Origin: an uncultured Eubacteriales bacterium
GTDB lineage: Bacteria; Bacillota; Clostridia; Oscillospirales; Oscillospiraceae
Assembly: GCA_900543625.1 (NCBI GenBank)
Contig: UQSF01000001.1
Span: forward strand, 79,916 to 143,915
DNA length: 64,000 nucleotides
Direction of reading: 5' to 3'
The translations under genes were made by a program, and so were the position numbers. Below are positions 17,801 to 28,556 of this stretch, piece after piece. Each line of letters opens with the position of its first letter. The stretch's first letter is position 1. The notes under the pieces were generated by a model that saw only the letters and a list, made by a program, of their open reading frames with translations, made no database searches and was not told the origin of the DNA.

Positions 17801-18603
17801 TGCACGCAGAGATCACATTCCCGCTGCACGCACAGCGCGGCGCAGCGTATCTGACCGCGCCGAACATCCCGGCGCGCCATGCCTTTTCCACCCGCCTCGG
17901 CGGCGTGAGCACCGGCGTGCTCGAGAGCCTGAATCTCAGCGTCCGGCGCGGCGACACGCCGGAAAACGTGCGCGAAAACTGGCGGCGGCTCGGCGCTGCC
18001 GCCGGGCTTGAGCTCACGCGCGTAGTGTATGCGCAGCAGGTCCACAGCGCGGACGTGCGCATCGCGCACGCTGCCGACGCGCAGCCGCCGGAGCATGAGC
18101 CGCGCTTTACCTGCGACGGTTTTGTCACGAACGAGCCGGACGTCACGCTTGCGGTTTTTATGGCCGACTGCCTGCCCGCGCTGCTGCACGATCCCGCTGC
18201 CGGGGTCATCGGCGCGGTGCACTGCGGCTGGCGCGGCTCGGTGGCGGATATCCTCGGCGCTGCCGTCGCGCAGATGTGCGCCCTCGGCGCGCACCCGGAG
18301 GACATCCGCGCCGCCATCGGTCCGGGCATCGGCGCCTGCTGCTTCGAGGTCGGACCTGAGGTCGTCGCCGCGGCGGAAGCCCTGCTGCATGAGCCGCTCG
18401 GCGCGCTCGTGCGCCCGCGCGCGGACGGCAAGGCCCTGCTCGATCTCAAGGGCGTCAACGCCCGGAGACTTGCGCAGCTCGGCGTCCCGGCGGAGCAGAT
18501 CGCCGTGTCGGACGCCTGCACCATGTGCCGGCCGGATGTGTTCTGGTCGCACCGCGCGACCGACGGCCGCCGCGGCGTGCAGGCCGCCGTCATCACCCTG
18601 TGA
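17797..18603 (+). CDS. pgeF: YfiH/PgeF family (DUF152) purine nucleoside phosphorylase / peptidoglycan editing factor
   Basis: 268 aa; characteristic HxxxxC...CGWRG-like pattern (AVHCGWRG); ATGA overlap with secA. Confidence 0.8.
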   Translation: MMHAEITFPLHAQRGAAYLTAPNIPARHAFSTRLGGVSTGVLESLNLSVRRGDTPENVRENWRRLGAAAGLELTRVVYAQQVHSADVRIAHAADAQPPEHEPRFTCDGFVTNEPDVTLAVFMADCLPALLHDPAAGVIGAVHCGWRGSVADILGAAVAQMCALGAHPEDIRAAIGPGIGACCFEVGPEVVAAAEALLHEPLGALVRPRADGKALLDLKGVNARRLAQLGVPAEQIAVSDACTMCRPDVFWSHRATDGRRGVQAAVITL

Positions 18604-18619
18604 CCCAAGGGGGTAACCC

Positions 18620-20194
18620 ATGAAACATCTTCATCTGACCCGACTGCTGGCGTTCGCACTGGCGCTCACGCTGCTGCTCGGCTGCGCCGCCTGCGGCAAG
18701 GACGACGCGGACGATACCGGCGAGACCGTCGGCAAAAAGGACACGCAGACCGCCGTCGAGCTTGACGGAAAGTTCACGCTCAACTACAGTGCGTCCGCCG
18801 GCATGAACCCGTACAAAACACAAAATACCGATAACCTCGCCATCTGCGGTCTCGTGTATGAGACGCTCACGCAGCTGTCCGACGCTTTTGAGGCCGAGCC
18901 CGGCCTGTTTACGGAGTGGAGCAGTGACGACGGCGAGACATGGACGTTCACCGTCGATACCGAGCGCGCCTTTCACGACGGGCACAAGCTCACCGCACAG
19001 GACGCGGCCTATTCCATTCGCACCGCCATGTCCTCGAGCCTCTATGCCGGCCGCCTGAGTGCGGTCAAGGAGGTCAAGGACAATGACGACGGTACGGTCA
19101 CTGTTACGCTCTCGCGCGCGAATACGCAGTTTCCGGCGCTGCTGAACATCCCTGTCATTGAAAACGACGCCGGCGACAGCGCCTATCCGTGCGGCACGGG
19201 GCTGTACACGTATGCCGCCGACCATCAGAGCCTCACCGTGGCGGCCGACCATCCGGATGCCGACAAGGCGCCGGTCGAGGCGTTTTACCTCGCCGAGTAC
19301 AAGTCGGTCGAGGAGATCACCTCTGCGTTTGACAACGGAGAGCTCGACCTTGCGCTCAGCGACCCGAGCTCCGGCACGGACCTGACCTTTTCGACCCAGA
19401 GCGACCAGCGCCAGTATGCCACGACGAACCTGCAGTACATTGGCTTCAACACCAACAGCAGCTTTTTCATGACCGCGCGCTACCGCCAGCCGTTCAACTA
19501 TGTGGTCGACCGTGCGTTTGCCGTCGCGCTGCTGCATGACTGCGCCGTTGCGAGCGCGCTGCCCATCCACCCGGCGAGCACGCTCTTTGACAGCTCCCTC
19601 AACGAATCGCTGGCCTACGATCTGGACAAGGCAAAAAAGATGCTCGACGACCTGAAGATCGTCGACTATGACGGCGACGGCGAGCGTGAGTATATGCCAG
19701 ACGGCTCGTCGCCGCTCGACATCAGCCTCTCGCTCATCGTCTATGCCGACAGCACGTTCAAGGTCAGCATGGCCAACAAGATCGCGGCTGACCTCACGAG
19801 CATCGGCATCCCCGTAAAGGTGCGCGAAATGAGCTGGGACAACTATCAGGCTGCGCTCAAGGGCGGCAAATATGATCTGTACTACGGTGAGGTCGCGCTC
19901 CCGGCGGACTTCGATCTCTCGGCGCTGCTCAAATCCGGCGGCGCGCTCAACTACGGCGGCATCTCGACCGGCACGTATGCCGATGTCATCAGCGCCTATC
20001 TCGCCGCCCCGGACACCGGCCGTGCCGCGGCCTGCCGCACCATGCTGCAGACGATCTCGGACACGGCACCCATCGTGCCCATCTGCTTTGAAAAGCACTG
20101 CCTGTATGTGCATCGCGGTGCCGTCGGCGGCTTTTCTCCCACAAAGTACAACATTTTCCGCAACATCACGGATTGGAAGATCAGTCAGGCATGA
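18620..20194 (+). CDS. ABC transporter substrate-binding lipoprotein, family 5 (peptide/nickel type), orphan
   Basis: lipobox LLLGCAAC; family-5 SBP pattern; no permease or ATPase genes adjacent. Confidence 0.7.
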   Translation: MKHLHLTRLLAFALALTLLLGCAACGKDDADDTGETVGKKDTQTAVELDGKFTLNYSASAGMNPYKTQNTDNLAICGLVYETLTQLSDAFEAEPGLFTEWSSDDGETWTFTVDTERAFHDGHKLTAQDAAYSIRTAMSSSLYAGRLSAVKEVKDNDDGTVTVTLSRANTQFPALLNIPVIENDAGDSAYPCGTGLYTYAADHQSLTVAADHPDADKAPVEAFYLAEYKSVEEITSAFDNGELDLALSDPSSGTDLTFSTQSDQRQYATTNLQYIGFNTNSSFFMTARYRQPFNYVVDRAFAVALLHDCAVASALPIHPASTLFDSSLNESLAYDLDKAKKMLDDLKIVDYDGDGEREYMPDGSSPLDISLSLIVYADSTFKVSMANKIAADLTSIGIPVKVREMSWDNYQAALKGGKYDLYYGEVALPADFDLSALLKSGGALNYGGISTGTYADVISAYLAAPDTGRAAACRTMLQTISDTAPIVPICFEKHCLYVHRGAVGGFSPTKYNIFRNITDWKISQA

Positions 20195-20631
20195 AACACG
20201 AGTGGATCGCACGCGCCAAGCGCTTTGCTACCTATGCGCTTGTCGGCTGCTTCGACACGGGCATGGACTGGGTGGCGTTTACGACCGCACATGAGCTGCT
20301 GCATTTCACGCCCATGCTCTGTCAGGCGATCGGCTATGCCGTCGGCACGGTCTGCAGCTATTTTCTCAACGGGCGCATCACCTTCCGCGACGGGCACATC
20401 GCCCGCTGGCGGCAGTGTGCGCGCTTTGTGGCGTGGAACGTGGTGTCCCTCGTGCTCAGCGAGGTGATGATCGGCCTGCTGACGCATTTCGGCATCAATC
20501 CGTACCTTGCCAAGGTCGGCGTCACGCTCGAGGTCGCGCTGCTGAATTACTTCGGCTATAAGTATATTGTGTTCGCAGTCCCAAAAGAAACGGAAGGAGA
20601 GCAGGATCATGACAGATCGTCAGTTGATTAA
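20191..20631 (+). CDS. GtrA-family membrane protein
   Basis: 4 TM small protein; ATGA coupling with upstream gene. Confidence 0.65.
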   Translation: MKHEWIARAKRFATYALVGCFDTGMDWVAFTTAHELLHFTPMLCQAIGYAVGTVCSYFLNGRITFRDGHIARWRQCARFVAWNVVSLVLSEVMIGLLTHFGINPYLAKVGVTLEVALLNYFGYKYIVFAVPKETEGEQDHDRSSVD

Positions 20632-20989
20632 TCTGGCCGTGCAGGCCTCCCGCAATGCCTATGTCCCGTATTCCCATTTTGCCGTCGGCGCCGCGCTCGA
20701 GTGCCGCGACGGTACGGTCTTTACCGGATGCAACGTGGAAAATGCCGCCCTCGGCAGCACCATCTGCGCCGAGCGCACTGCCGCGTGCAAGGCCGTCAGC
20801 GAGGGACACCGCGACTTCGTGCGCATCGCTGTCTACGGTGACGGGGAGCACTACTGCTACCCCTGCGGCGCGTGCCGGCAGTTTCTGGCGGAGTTCGCGC
20901 CCGATATGGAGGTGCTGTCCGTCATGGGCGGCGGACGCTATGTCAGCAACCGCCTGAGCGAGCTCATGCCCTATACCTTTAATTATTAA
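20609..20989 (+). CDS. cdd: cytidine deaminase
   Basis: CAERTA and PCGACRQ zinc-binding motifs; GGAAGGAGAG RBS. Confidence 0.85.
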   Translation: MTDRQLINLAVQASRNAYVPYSHFAVGAALECRDGTVFTGCNVENAALGSTICAERTAACKAVSEGHRDFVRIAVYGDGEHYCYPCGACRQFLAEFAPDMEVLSVMGGGRYVSNRLSELMPYTFNY

Positions 20990-20999
20990 AGGGTGCGCC

Positions 21000-21284
21000 A
21001 TGGAACTGGAACAACTGCGCATCTTTTGCGCCGTCGCTGCCTGCCGCAGCTTCACACGCGCGGCCAAGGAGCTCTTTGTCAGCCACTCGACGACCAGCCG
21101 CGCCGTGACTGCCCTCGAGCGGGAGCTCGGCGTGCCGCTGCTCACGCGCGACCGGCACACCGTTGCGCTCACGGGCGCAGGCGCGGTGCTTCTGACCGGT
21201 GCGGAGGCGCTTTTGCGCGACGCGGACGCGCTCGCGGACGCCGTGCGCGCAGCGGCGGAGCCGTCGGAAACGGCGGAAAAATGA
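21000..21284 (+). CDS. LysR-family N-terminal HTH domain only (truncated regulator remnant)
   Basis: 94 aa matching LysR HTH (LEQLRIFCAVA...FTRAAKELFVSHSTTSRAV) with no co-inducer domain. Confidence 0.5.
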   Translation: MELEQLRIFCAVAACRSFTRAAKELFVSHSTTSRAVTALERELGVPLLTRDRHTVALTGAGAVLLTGAEALLRDADALADAVRAAAEPSETAEK

Positions 21285-21343
21285 ATTGGTCGGACTGCAC
21301 AAACTTTTTTGTGAATTTTCTACATTTCGGTGAAAAACCCTCT

Positions 21344-21371
21344 TGACATACGAGAGGGTTTTTGCTATTCT
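21344..21371 (+). promoter_or_regulatory. candidate promoter embedded in hairpin upstream of the S10 operon leader
   Basis: TTGACA-16 bp-TATTCT; TTGACA lies inside the AAAAACCCTCT..AGAGGGTTTTT hairpin; about 290-nt leader to rpsJ. Confidence 0.3.
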
Positions 21372-21662
21372 TAGGGAGCGCCTGTGCGGAAACAGGTGCA
21401 TTCTGCGATGAAGCGGGAGATTGCGGAGCTGATCTCCGGTAACTTCCGTGGAGTATGTCCGCTGCCGCGCCTTTGCACGGCAGACAATCGGGCGGTTGAG
21501 TCAGCCAGCACCAGCGTATATCACCTGCACGGCTGCATACCGGCGAGAGCCGGTTTGTTTTTCGGGCAGGGTTTGATACGCACGGAACGGTGTATGGCGA
21601 TCTCATCCGTGCGAACCGGCGGAGCCAATGCCGCCCAAAAAATTCGTAACGGAGGAAACAAC

Positions 21663-21983
21663 ATGGCAACCACGAGCAACAAGAAAATGATCCGTATCCG
21701 CCTCAAGGCCTACGATCACCAGCTGATCGACAAGGCGGCGGAGAAGATCGTCGAAACCGCGAAGCGCACTGACGCGAAGGTCTCCGGCCCCATTCCGCTG
21801 CCGACCAAGACTGAGATCGTCACCATCCTGCGTGCTGTTCATAAGTATAAGGACAGCCGTGAGCAGTTTGAGCGCCGCACCCACAAGCGCCTGATCGACA
21901 TCATGAACCCGACCCAGAAGACGGTCGAGGCTCTGATGAATCTGGAGCTGCCGGCCGGTGTCGAGATCGACATCAAGCTGTAA
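21663..21983 (+). CDS. rpsJ: 30S ribosomal protein S10
   Basis: conserved sequence; GGAGG RBS. Confidence 0.95.
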   Translation: MATTSNKKMIRIRLKAYDHQLIDKAAEKIVETAKRTDAKVSGPIPLPTKTEIVTILRAVHKYKDSREQFERRTHKRLIDIMNPTQKTVEALMNLELPAGVEIDIKL

Positions 21984-22120
21984 GCACACCCCGTTAACCC
22001 TGCGCGAGAGCGCATATTTACAAACCCGAAGTCCGCAGCTTGCGTGTGCGGACGGGTCAAGTCAGCAGCCTCTGGCCATGAGCTAAGCGAGCTGACCAAT
22101 AACCTGAAGGAGGAACATGT

Positions 22121-22840
22121 ATGAAAACAGCCATCATCGGTAAAAAGGTCGGCATGACGCAGATCTTCGATGAAGCAGGCAAGGTCGTCCCCGTCACCGT
22201 GATCGAGGCAGGCCCCTGCACGGTCACCGGCAAGATGACCAAGGAAAAGGAAGGCTATGAAGCCGTCCAGCTCGGCTACGAGGACGTCGCCGAGAAGAAG
22301 CTGACCAAGCCCGAGAAGGGCCACCTGGACAAGGCGGGCGTCGGCTATAAGAAGCACCTCAAAGAGTTCCGTCTCGAGGACTGCGCCTCTGTCAATGTGG
22401 GCGATGTCATCAAGGCCGACACCTTCAAGGAAGGCGACAAGGTCGACATCACCGGCATCAGCAAGGGCCACGGCTACGCCGGCGTCATCAAGCGCTTCGG
22501 CCAGGGCCGTACCCCGACCTCCCACGGCGGCGGCCCTGTGCACCGTCACGCCGGCTCCATGGGCTCGAGCACCGATCCTTCCCGTATCTTCCCGGGCAAG
22601 AAGCAGGCCGGCCACATGGGCGTGGATCAGGTCACCGTCCAGAACCTCGACGTGGTCAAGGTCGATCCCGAGCTCAACATGATCGTTGTGCGCGGCGCGA
22701 TCCCCGGCCCGAAGGGCGGCATTGTCTATATCAAGAGCACCGTTAAGAAGCTGGTCGTCAAGAAGGGCGAAGCCGGCGTCAGCACCAACCCGCAGAAGGC
22801 CTCCGGTCGTAACCCGCAGAAGGCTTCTGCAAGAAAGTAA
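22121..22840 (+). CDS. rplC: 50S ribosomal protein L3
   Basis: conserved sequence. Confidence 0.95.
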   Translation: MKTAIIGKKVGMTQIFDEAGKVVPVTVIEAGPCTVTGKMTKEKEGYEAVQLGYEDVAEKKLTKPEKGHLDKAGVGYKKHLKEFRLEDCASVNVGDVIKADTFKEGDKVDITGISKGHGYAGVIKRFGQGRTPTSHGGGPVHRHAGSMGSSTDPSRIFPGKKQAGHMGVDQVTVQNLDVVKVDPELNMIVVRGAIPGPKGGIVYIKSTVKKLVVKKGEAGVSTNPQKASGRNPQKASARK

Positions 22841-22858
22841 GGAAGGGAGAGAGCGAAT

Positions 22859-23482
22859 ATGCCTACTGCTAAGTTGTTTAATATGGCCGGCGATCAGGTC
22901 GGCGAAGTGGCGCTCTCCGAAGCCGTTTTCGGTGTTGAGCCCAACGAGTCCGTTCTGCACGACTCCGTGAAGAACCACCTGGCCAACTGCCGTCAGGGCA
23001 CGCAGAGTGCGCTGACCAAGGGCGAGGTTTCCTACACCACCGCAAAGCCCTGGCGCCAGAAGGGCACCGGCCGTGCACGCGCCGGCTACAAGGGCAGCCC
23101 GGTGTGGACCCACGGCGGCGTCGCGTTTGCGCCGAAGCCGCGTGATTACAGCTACGTGCTCAACAAGAAGGTCAAGAGACTGGCCCTCAAGAGCGCGCTG
23201 AGCGCCAAGGCCGCCGCCGGCGAGATCCTCGTCGTGGACGGTCTGGCTGTTGAGGAGATCAAGACCGCCCCTGTCAAGGCGTTCCTGACCAAGATCGGCG
23301 CCGAAGGCAAGGCTCTGCTCGTGACCGAGCAGGTTGACGAGAAGGTCGTCAAGAGCTCTCGCAACATCCCCGGCGTGAGCAGCACCATCGCCACCATCCT
23401 CAGCCCCTACATGATCCTGACGCACCGCGTCCTGGTCGTTGACAAGGCTGCGCTCCAGAAAATCGAGGAGGTGTACGCATAA
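22859..23482 (+). CDS. rplD: 50S ribosomal protein L4
   Basis: conserved sequence. Confidence 0.95.
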   Translation: MPTAKLFNMAGDQVGEVALSEAVFGVEPNESVLHDSVKNHLANCRQGTQSALTKGEVSYTTAKPWRQKGTGRARAGYKGSPVWTHGGVAFAPKPRDYSYVLNKKVKRLALKSALSAKAAAGEILVVDGLAVEEIKTAPVKAFLTKIGAEGKALLVTEQVDEKVVKSSRNIPGVSSTIATILSPYMILTHRVLVVDKAALQKIEEVYA

Positions 23483-23778
23483 TGAGAACCGCTTACGATG
23501 TCATTATCCGTCCCATCATCACCGAGCAGTCCATGGAAGACCTCGACATCAAAAAGTACGTGTTTGAAGTCGCCAAGGACGCCGGCAAGGTCGAGATCAA
23601 AAAGGCCATCGAGGAGATCTTCGACGTGAAGGTCATCAAGGTCACCACCACGACGATCCACGCCAAGGAGAAGCGCGTCGGCGCCAATCCGTCCGGCATG
23701 ACTGCCACCCGCAAGAAGGCCGTTGTGAAACTGTCCGCTGATTCGAAGAACATCGAGATCTTCGAGGGCATGGTGTAA
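23482..23778 (+). CDS. rplW: 50S ribosomal protein L23
   Basis: conserved sequence. Confidence 0.95.
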   Translation: MRTAYDVIIRPIITEQSMEDLDIKKYVFEVAKDAGKVEIKKAIEEIFDVKVIKVTTTTIHAKEKRVGANPSGMTATRKKAVVKLSADSKNIEIFEGMV

Positions 23779-23793
23779 GGGAGGAATTGAACA

Positions 23794-24630
23794 ATGTCGA
23801 TTAAAACCTATAAACCCACCACGCCTTCCCGCAGACATATGTCCGTTTCCGGCTTCGACGGTGTCGACAAGCACGCCAAGCCGCAGAAGGAGCTCGTGGA
23901 GGTCCTCAAAAAGCACGCCGGCCGCAACAGCTACGGCCGCATCACCGTCCGCCATCAGGGCGGCGGCAACCGCAAAAAGTACCGCGTCATCGACTTCAAG
24001 CGCGACAAGATGGACGTCACCGCGACCGTCCTGCGCCTGGAGTACGATCCGAACCGCAGCGCGAACATCGCTCTGGTCGAGTACGCTGACGGCGAGCGCC
24101 GCTACATTCTGGCTCCTGTCGGCCTGAACGTGGGCGACGTGATCGTGTCCTCCGCCTCGGCGGATATCAAGCCGGGCAACGCCCTGCCGCTGGCCAACAT
24201 CCCGGTCGGCACCGTGATCCACAACATCGAGCTCTACCCGGGCAAGGGTGCGCAGCTGGTCCGCTCCGCGGGCGTCGCCGCGCAGCTCATGGCGAAGGAG
24301 AACGGTATGGCTACCGTCCGTCTTCCCTCCGGCGAGTACCGCAAGGTCCGCCTGACCTGCATCGCCTGCATCGGCCAGGTCGGCAACGTCGACCACGCCA
24401 ACATCTCCATCGGCAAGGCCGGCCGCAAACGCCACATGGGCGTTCGCCCGACCGTCCGCGGTTCCGTCATGAACCCGTGTGACCACCCGCACGGCGGCGG
24501 CGAAGGCAAATCGCCTGTCGGCCGTCCCGGCCCGGTCACCCCGTGGGGCAAGCCGGCGCTGGGTTACAAGACCCGTAAGAAGAAGAACGCGACCGACAAG
24601 TTCATTGTCAAGCGCCGCAACGCCAAGTAA
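23794..24630 (+). CDS. rplB: 50S ribosomal protein L2
   Basis: conserved sequence. Confidence 0.95.
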   Translation: MSIKTYKPTTPSRRHMSVSGFDGVDKHAKPQKELVEVLKKHAGRNSYGRITVRHQGGGNRKKYRVIDFKRDKMDVTATVLRLEYDPNRSANIALVEYADGERRYILAPVGLNVGDVIVSSASADIKPGNALPLANIPVGTVIHNIELYPGKGAQLVRSAGVAAQLMAKENGMATVRLPSGEYRKVRLTCIACIGQVGNVDHANISIGKAGRKRHMGVRPTVRGSVMNPCDHPHGGGEGKSPVGRPGPVTPWGKPALGYKTRKKKNATDKFIVKRRNAK

Positions 24631-24644
24631 GGAGGGAATAGGTA

Positions 24645-24920
24645 ATGAGCAGAAGTGTTAAGAAAGGCCCGTTTGCCGCTCCCGAGCTGCTGAAGCGGGT
24701 CGATGAAATGAACAAGGCCGGCGAGAAGAAGGTTGTCAAGACCTGGAGCCGTTCCTCCACGATCTTCCCGTCCTTTGTCGGCCACACCATCGCTGTCCAT
24801 GACGGCCGCCGTCACGTCCCGGTCTATGTGACCGAGGATATGGTCGGACACAAGCTGGGCGAGTTTGCGCCCACGCGTACGTTCCGCGGCCACGCCGGCA
24901 GCAAGACTGTTGGAAAGTAA
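24645..24920 (+). CDS. rpsS: 30S ribosomal protein S19
   Basis: conserved sequence. Confidence 0.95.
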   Translation: MSRSVKKGPFAAPELLKRVDEMNKAGEKKVVKTWSRSSTIFPSFVGHTIAVHDGRRHVPVYVTEDMVGHKLGEFAPTRTFRGHAGSKTVGK

Positions 24921-24932
24921 GGGGGAGAGAAC

Positions 24933-25280
24933 ATGGAAGAACTGAAAACTGCACGTGCCCAGCTGGTGCACGCCCGTATCGCTCCCCGTAAGGTCCAGAT
25001 CGTCTGCGACATGATCCGCGGCAAGGACACCAAGATCGCTGAGGCTTACATGGCCAACACGCCGAAGGCCGGCTGCGAGCTCATGCTCAAGCTGCTCAAG
25101 AGCGCTTGCGCCAACGCGGAGAACAACTTCGAGATGGATCCGGATAACCTCTATGTTGCCGAGGCCTATGCCACGGCCGGCCCGATCCTCAAGCGCGGCC
25201 GCCCGAGAGCTCAGGGCCGTATGTACCGCATCAACAAGCGCACCAGCCACATCACCATCGTCGTGGCTGAGAAGGCATAA
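24933..25280 (+). CDS. rplV: 50S ribosomal protein L22
   Basis: conserved sequence. Confidence 0.95.
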   Translation: MEELKTARAQLVHARIAPRKVQIVCDMIRGKDTKIAEAYMANTPKAGCELMLKLLKSACANAENNFEMDPDNLYVAEAYATAGPILKRGRPRAQGRMYRINKRTSHITIVVAEKA

Positions 25281-25297
25281 GGGAGGAGGCAGAAGAT

Positions 25298-26176
25298 ATG
25301 GGACAGAAAGTTAATCCGCACGGCCTGCGTGTCGGCGTCATCAAAGATTGGGATTCCCGCTGGTATGCCCGTGACGAGAAGGTCGGTGACCTGATCGTTG
25401 AGGACTACAAGATCCGTGAGTACCTGAAGAAGACTCTGTATTCTGCAGGCATCCCGAACATCGAGATCGAGCGCGACAGCGCGAAGGTTCGCATCTATAT
25501 CCACTGCTCTCGTCCGGGCGTTGTCATCGGCAAGGGCGGCGCGGAGATCGAGCGCATCCGCCTGAACGTTGAGAAGATGATCGGCAAGCCGGTCGCCCTC
25601 TCCATCGTTGAGGTCCGCACGCCGGATACGAACGCACAGCTCGTCGCCGAGAACATCGCCGCGCAGCTCGAGAAGCGCATCGGCTTCCGCCGCGCGATGA
25701 AAAACGCCATGGGCCGCGCCATGAGAATGGGCGCCCGCGGCATCAAGATCATGTGCTCCGGCCGTCTGGGCGGCGCCGAGATCGCCCGCACCGAGTGCTA
25801 TCACGAGGGTACCATTCCGCTGCAGACCATCCGCGCGGACATCGAGTACGGCTTTGCTGAGGCTGCCACGACCTACGGCCGTGTCGGCGTCAAGGTCTGG
25901 ATCTACAAAGGCGAGATCCTCTCCCAGAGCCTGCGCACCACCCCGCGCACCATGGATCTGAACAAGCGCGACGACCGTCGTCGTGACCGCCGTGACGGCG
26001 ATCGCAGAGGCCGCGGCGGCTACAACCGCGACCGTCGCGACGGCAACCGTCAGGGTGGCCGTCCGGGCTACCAGGGCGGCGGACGTCCGCAGGGCGGCAA
26101 CCGTCCGCAGGGCGGCTTCAACCGCGGCCCGCGTCCGGCAGCTCCCGCTGCTCCGAAGGAAGGAGGCAACAACTAA
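25298..26176 (+). CDS. rpsC: 30S ribosomal protein S3 with ~65-aa Arg/Gly/Asp-rich C-terminal extension
   Basis: KH and S3-C domains, then [44 protein letters not shown] tail. Confidence 0.95.
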   Translation: MGQKVNPHGLRVGVIKDWDSRWYARDEKVGDLIVEDYKIREYLKKTLYSAGIPNIEIERDSAKVRIYIHCSRPGVVIGKGGAEIERIRLNVEKMIGKPVALSIVEVRTPDTNAQLVAENIAAQLEKRIGFRRAMKNAMGRAMRMGARGIKIMCSGRLGGAEIARTECYHEGTIPLQTIRADIEYGFAEAATTYGRVGVKVWIYKGEILSQSLRTTPRTMDLNKRDDRRRDRRDGDRRGRGGYNRDRRDGNRQGGRPGYQGGGRPQGGNRPQGGFNRGPRPAAPAAPKEGGNN

Positions 26177-26604
26177 TGCTGATGCCGAAAAGAGTGAAGT
26201 ACCGCAGAGTGCAGCGCGGTCGTATGACCGGCAAGGCCCTGCGCGGCAATAAGGTGACCTATGGCGATTTCGGCCTGCAGGCGCAGGAGCCGGCCTGGAT
26301 CACCTCCAACCAGATCGAGGCGGCCCGTGTCGCCATGACCCGTTACACCAAGCGCGGCGGTCAGGTCTGGATCAAGATCTTCCCCGACAAGCCGGTCACG
26401 CAGAAGCCGGCCGAGACCCGCATGGGTTCCGGTAAAGGTTCTCCTGAGTACTGGGTTGCCGTCGTGAAGCCCGGCAGAGTTCTGTTTGAGATTGCTGGCG
26501 TGTCGGAAGAGGCTGCCCGTGAGGCGCTGCGTCTGGCCAGCCACAAGCTTCCCTGCAAGACGAAGATCGTCAAGAAGGAAGAGACTGAGATTGGTGGTGA
26601 ATAA
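26176..26604 (+). CDS. rplP: 50S ribosomal protein L16
   Basis: conserved sequence. Confidence 0.95.
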   Translation: MLMPKRVKYRRVQRGRMTGKALRGNKVTYGDFGLQAQEPAWITSNQIEAARVAMTRYTKRGGQVWIKIFPDKPVTQKPAETRMGSGKGSPEYWVAVVKPGRVLFEIAGVSEEAAREALRLASHKLPCKTKIVKKEETEIGGE

Positions 26605-26605
26605 G

Positions 26606-26800
26606 ATGAAAGCTAGTGAAATTCGCTCCATGTCCGCCGCTGAGCTGGAAAGCAAGCTGGTCGAACTGAAGAAGGACCTGTTCATGCTCCGTATGCAGCA
26701 CGCTACCAATCATCTTGACAACCCCGTTAAGATTTCTGCTGTGCGTCGCGACATTGCCCGAGTCAAAACCGTGCTCCGCGAAAAGCAGCTCGAGCAGTGA
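26606..26800 (+). CDS. rpmC: 50S ribosomal protein L29
   Basis: 64 aa starting [10 protein letters not shown], inside a longer track ORF. Confidence 0.9.
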   Translation: MKASEIRSMSAAELESKLVELKKDLFMLRMQHATNHLDNPVKISAVRRDIARVKTVLREKQLEQ

Positions 26801-26814
26801 GGAGGTAAGTGAGA

Positions 26815-27078
26815 ATGAACGAAATGAGAACGACTTCCCGCAAGACCCGCGTCGGCAAAGTGGTGTCCGACAAAATGGACAAGACCATCGTCGTCATCGT
26901 GGAGGACCACGTTGCGCACAAGGTTTATAAAAAGATCATCGGCCAGACCTATCGCCTGAAGGCACACGACGAGAACAACGAGTGCCATGTCGGTGATATC
27001 GTCCGCGTGATGGAGACCCGCCCCCTGTCCAAGGACAAGAGATGGCGCGTGGTCGAGATCGTTGAAAAGGCGAAGTAA
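26815..27078 (+). CDS. rpsQ: 30S ribosomal protein S17
   Basis: conserved sequence; ATG 26815 after GGAGG. Confidence 0.9.
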   Translation: MNEMRTTSRKTRVGKVVSDKMDKTIVVIVEDHVAHKVYKKIIGQTYRLKAHDENNECHVGDIVRVMETRPLSKDKRWRVVEIVEKAK

Positions 27079-27090
27079 GGAGGCAACAAC

Positions 27091-27462
27091 ATGATTCAGC
27101 AGGAAAGTTATCTGAAGGTTGCCGACAATACCGGCGCCAAGGAAATCAAGTGCATCCGCGTTCTCGGCGGATCCAAGCGTAAATACGCCAGCATCGGCGA
27201 CGTGATCGTCGCTTCCGTGCGCAAGGCAGCTCCGGGCGGCTCCGTCAAGAAGGGCGACGTCGTCAAGGCTGTTGTTGTCCGCACCGCGAAGCCGGTCCGC
27301 CGCGCGGACGGCACCTATGTGCGTTTCGATGAGAACGCCGCCGTCCTGATCAACGGCGAGGATAAGAACCCCCGCGGCACCCGTATCTTTGGGCCCGTCG
27401 CCCGTGAGCTCCGCGACAGTGACTTCACGAAGATCCTGTCTCTGGCTCCCGAAGTTATTTGA
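27091..27462 (+). CDS. rplN: 50S ribosomal protein L14
   Basis: conserved sequence. Confidence 0.95.
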   Translation: MIQQESYLKVADNTGAKEIKCIRVLGGSKRKYASIGDVIVASVRKAAPGGSVKKGDVVKAVVVRTAKPVRRADGTYVRFDENAAVLINGEDKNPRGTRIFGPVARELRDSDFTKILSLAPEVI

Positions 27463-27476
27463 GGAGGGCGCAGAAC

Positions 27477-27782
27477 ATGAACATCAAAAAAGACGATAAA
27501 GTCGTTGTCCTGTCCGGTAAGAACAAGGGCAAGGAAGGCAAAGTCCTGTCTGCTGACCCGAAGGGCGGCAAGGTCATCGTGGAGGGCGTGAACGTCGCCA
27601 CGAAGCACCAGAAGCCGAAAAACCAGCAGGATCAGGGCGGCATCATCAAGACCGAAACCCCGATCTATGCCTGCAAGGTCATGGTCGTCTGCCCGAAGTG
27701 CGGCAAGCCGACCCGCGTTGCGCACAAGATCACGGACGGCAAGAAGGCCCGCATCTGCAAGAAGTGCGGCGCCGAACTGTAA
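27477..27782 (+). CDS. rplX: 50S ribosomal protein L24 (KOW) with C-terminal Cys4 zinc-ribbon
   Basis: [22 protein letters not shown] start; C-terminus CPKCG...CKKCG. Confidence 0.9.
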   Translation: MNIKKDDKVVVLSGKNKGKEGKVLSADPKGGKVIVEGVNVATKHQKPKNQQDQGGIIKTETPIYACKVMVVCPKCGKPTRVAHKITDGKKARICKKCGAEL

Positions 27783-27800
27783 AGGAGGGAGCAACGAACT

Positions 27801-28355
27801 ATGGCAACAATGCCTTCTATGAAGAAGAAGTATGTGGAGGAAGTCGCTCCCGCTCTGATGACGAAGTTCCAGTACGAGAGCGTTATGCAGATCCCGAAGA
27901 TCGAGAAGATCGTCGTCAGCGTCGGCTGCGGCGACTGCAAGGATAACGCCAAGGCGCTCGACGCCGTCATCAAGGACATCACCGCGATCACCGGTCAGAA
28001 GGCCGTCGCGACCGTCGCCAAGAAGAGCGTCGCGAACTTCAAGCTGCGTGAGGGTATGCACGTCGGCGTGAAGGTCACGCTGCGTCAGGACCGTATGTGG
28101 GAGTTCCTGGACCGCCTGTTTAACATCGCGCTGCCCCGTGTCCGCGACTTCCGCGGCATTTCGGCCGACGCGTTTGACGGCCGCGGCAACTACAGCCTCG
28201 GCCTCAAGGAGCAGATCATCTTCCCCGAGATCGAGTACGATAAGATCGAGAAGCTCCGCGGCATGAATATCGCCATCATCACCACCGCCAAGACCGACGA
28301 GGAAGCACGCGAGCTGCTCAAGCTCATGGGCGCCCCGTTCGTCACCAAAGCATAA
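27801..28355 (+). CDS. rplE: 50S ribosomal protein L5
   Basis: conserved sequence. Confidence 0.95.
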   Translation: MATMPSMKKKYVEEVAPALMTKFQYESVMQIPKIEKIVVSVGCGDCKDNAKALDAVIKDITAITGQKAVATVAKKSVANFKLREGMHVGVKVTLRQDRMWEFLDRLFNIALPRVRDFRGISADAFDGRGNYSLGLKEQIIFPEIEYDKIEKLRGMNIAIITTAKTDEEARELLKLMGAPFVTKA

Positions 28356-28370
28356 GGGAGGAGCGACACA

Positions 28371-28556
28371 ATGGCTAAGAAATCTATGATCCTCAAGCAG
28401 CAGGCGCCTGCGAAGTTCTCCACCCGCCAGTACAACCGCTGCAAGATCTGCGGCCGTCCCCACGCTTACCTGCGCAACTACGGCATCTGCCGTATCTGCT
28501 TCCGTGAGCTGGCGTACAAGGGCCAGATCCCCGGCGTCCGCAAAGCCAGCTGGTAA
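28371..28556 (+). CDS. rpsN: 30S ribosomal protein S14, zinc-binding type Z (61 aa)
   Basis: CKICGR...CRICFR Cys4. Confidence 0.95.
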   Translation: MAKKSMILKQQAPAKFSTRQYNRCKICGRPHAYLRNYGICRICFRELAYKGQIPGVRKASW

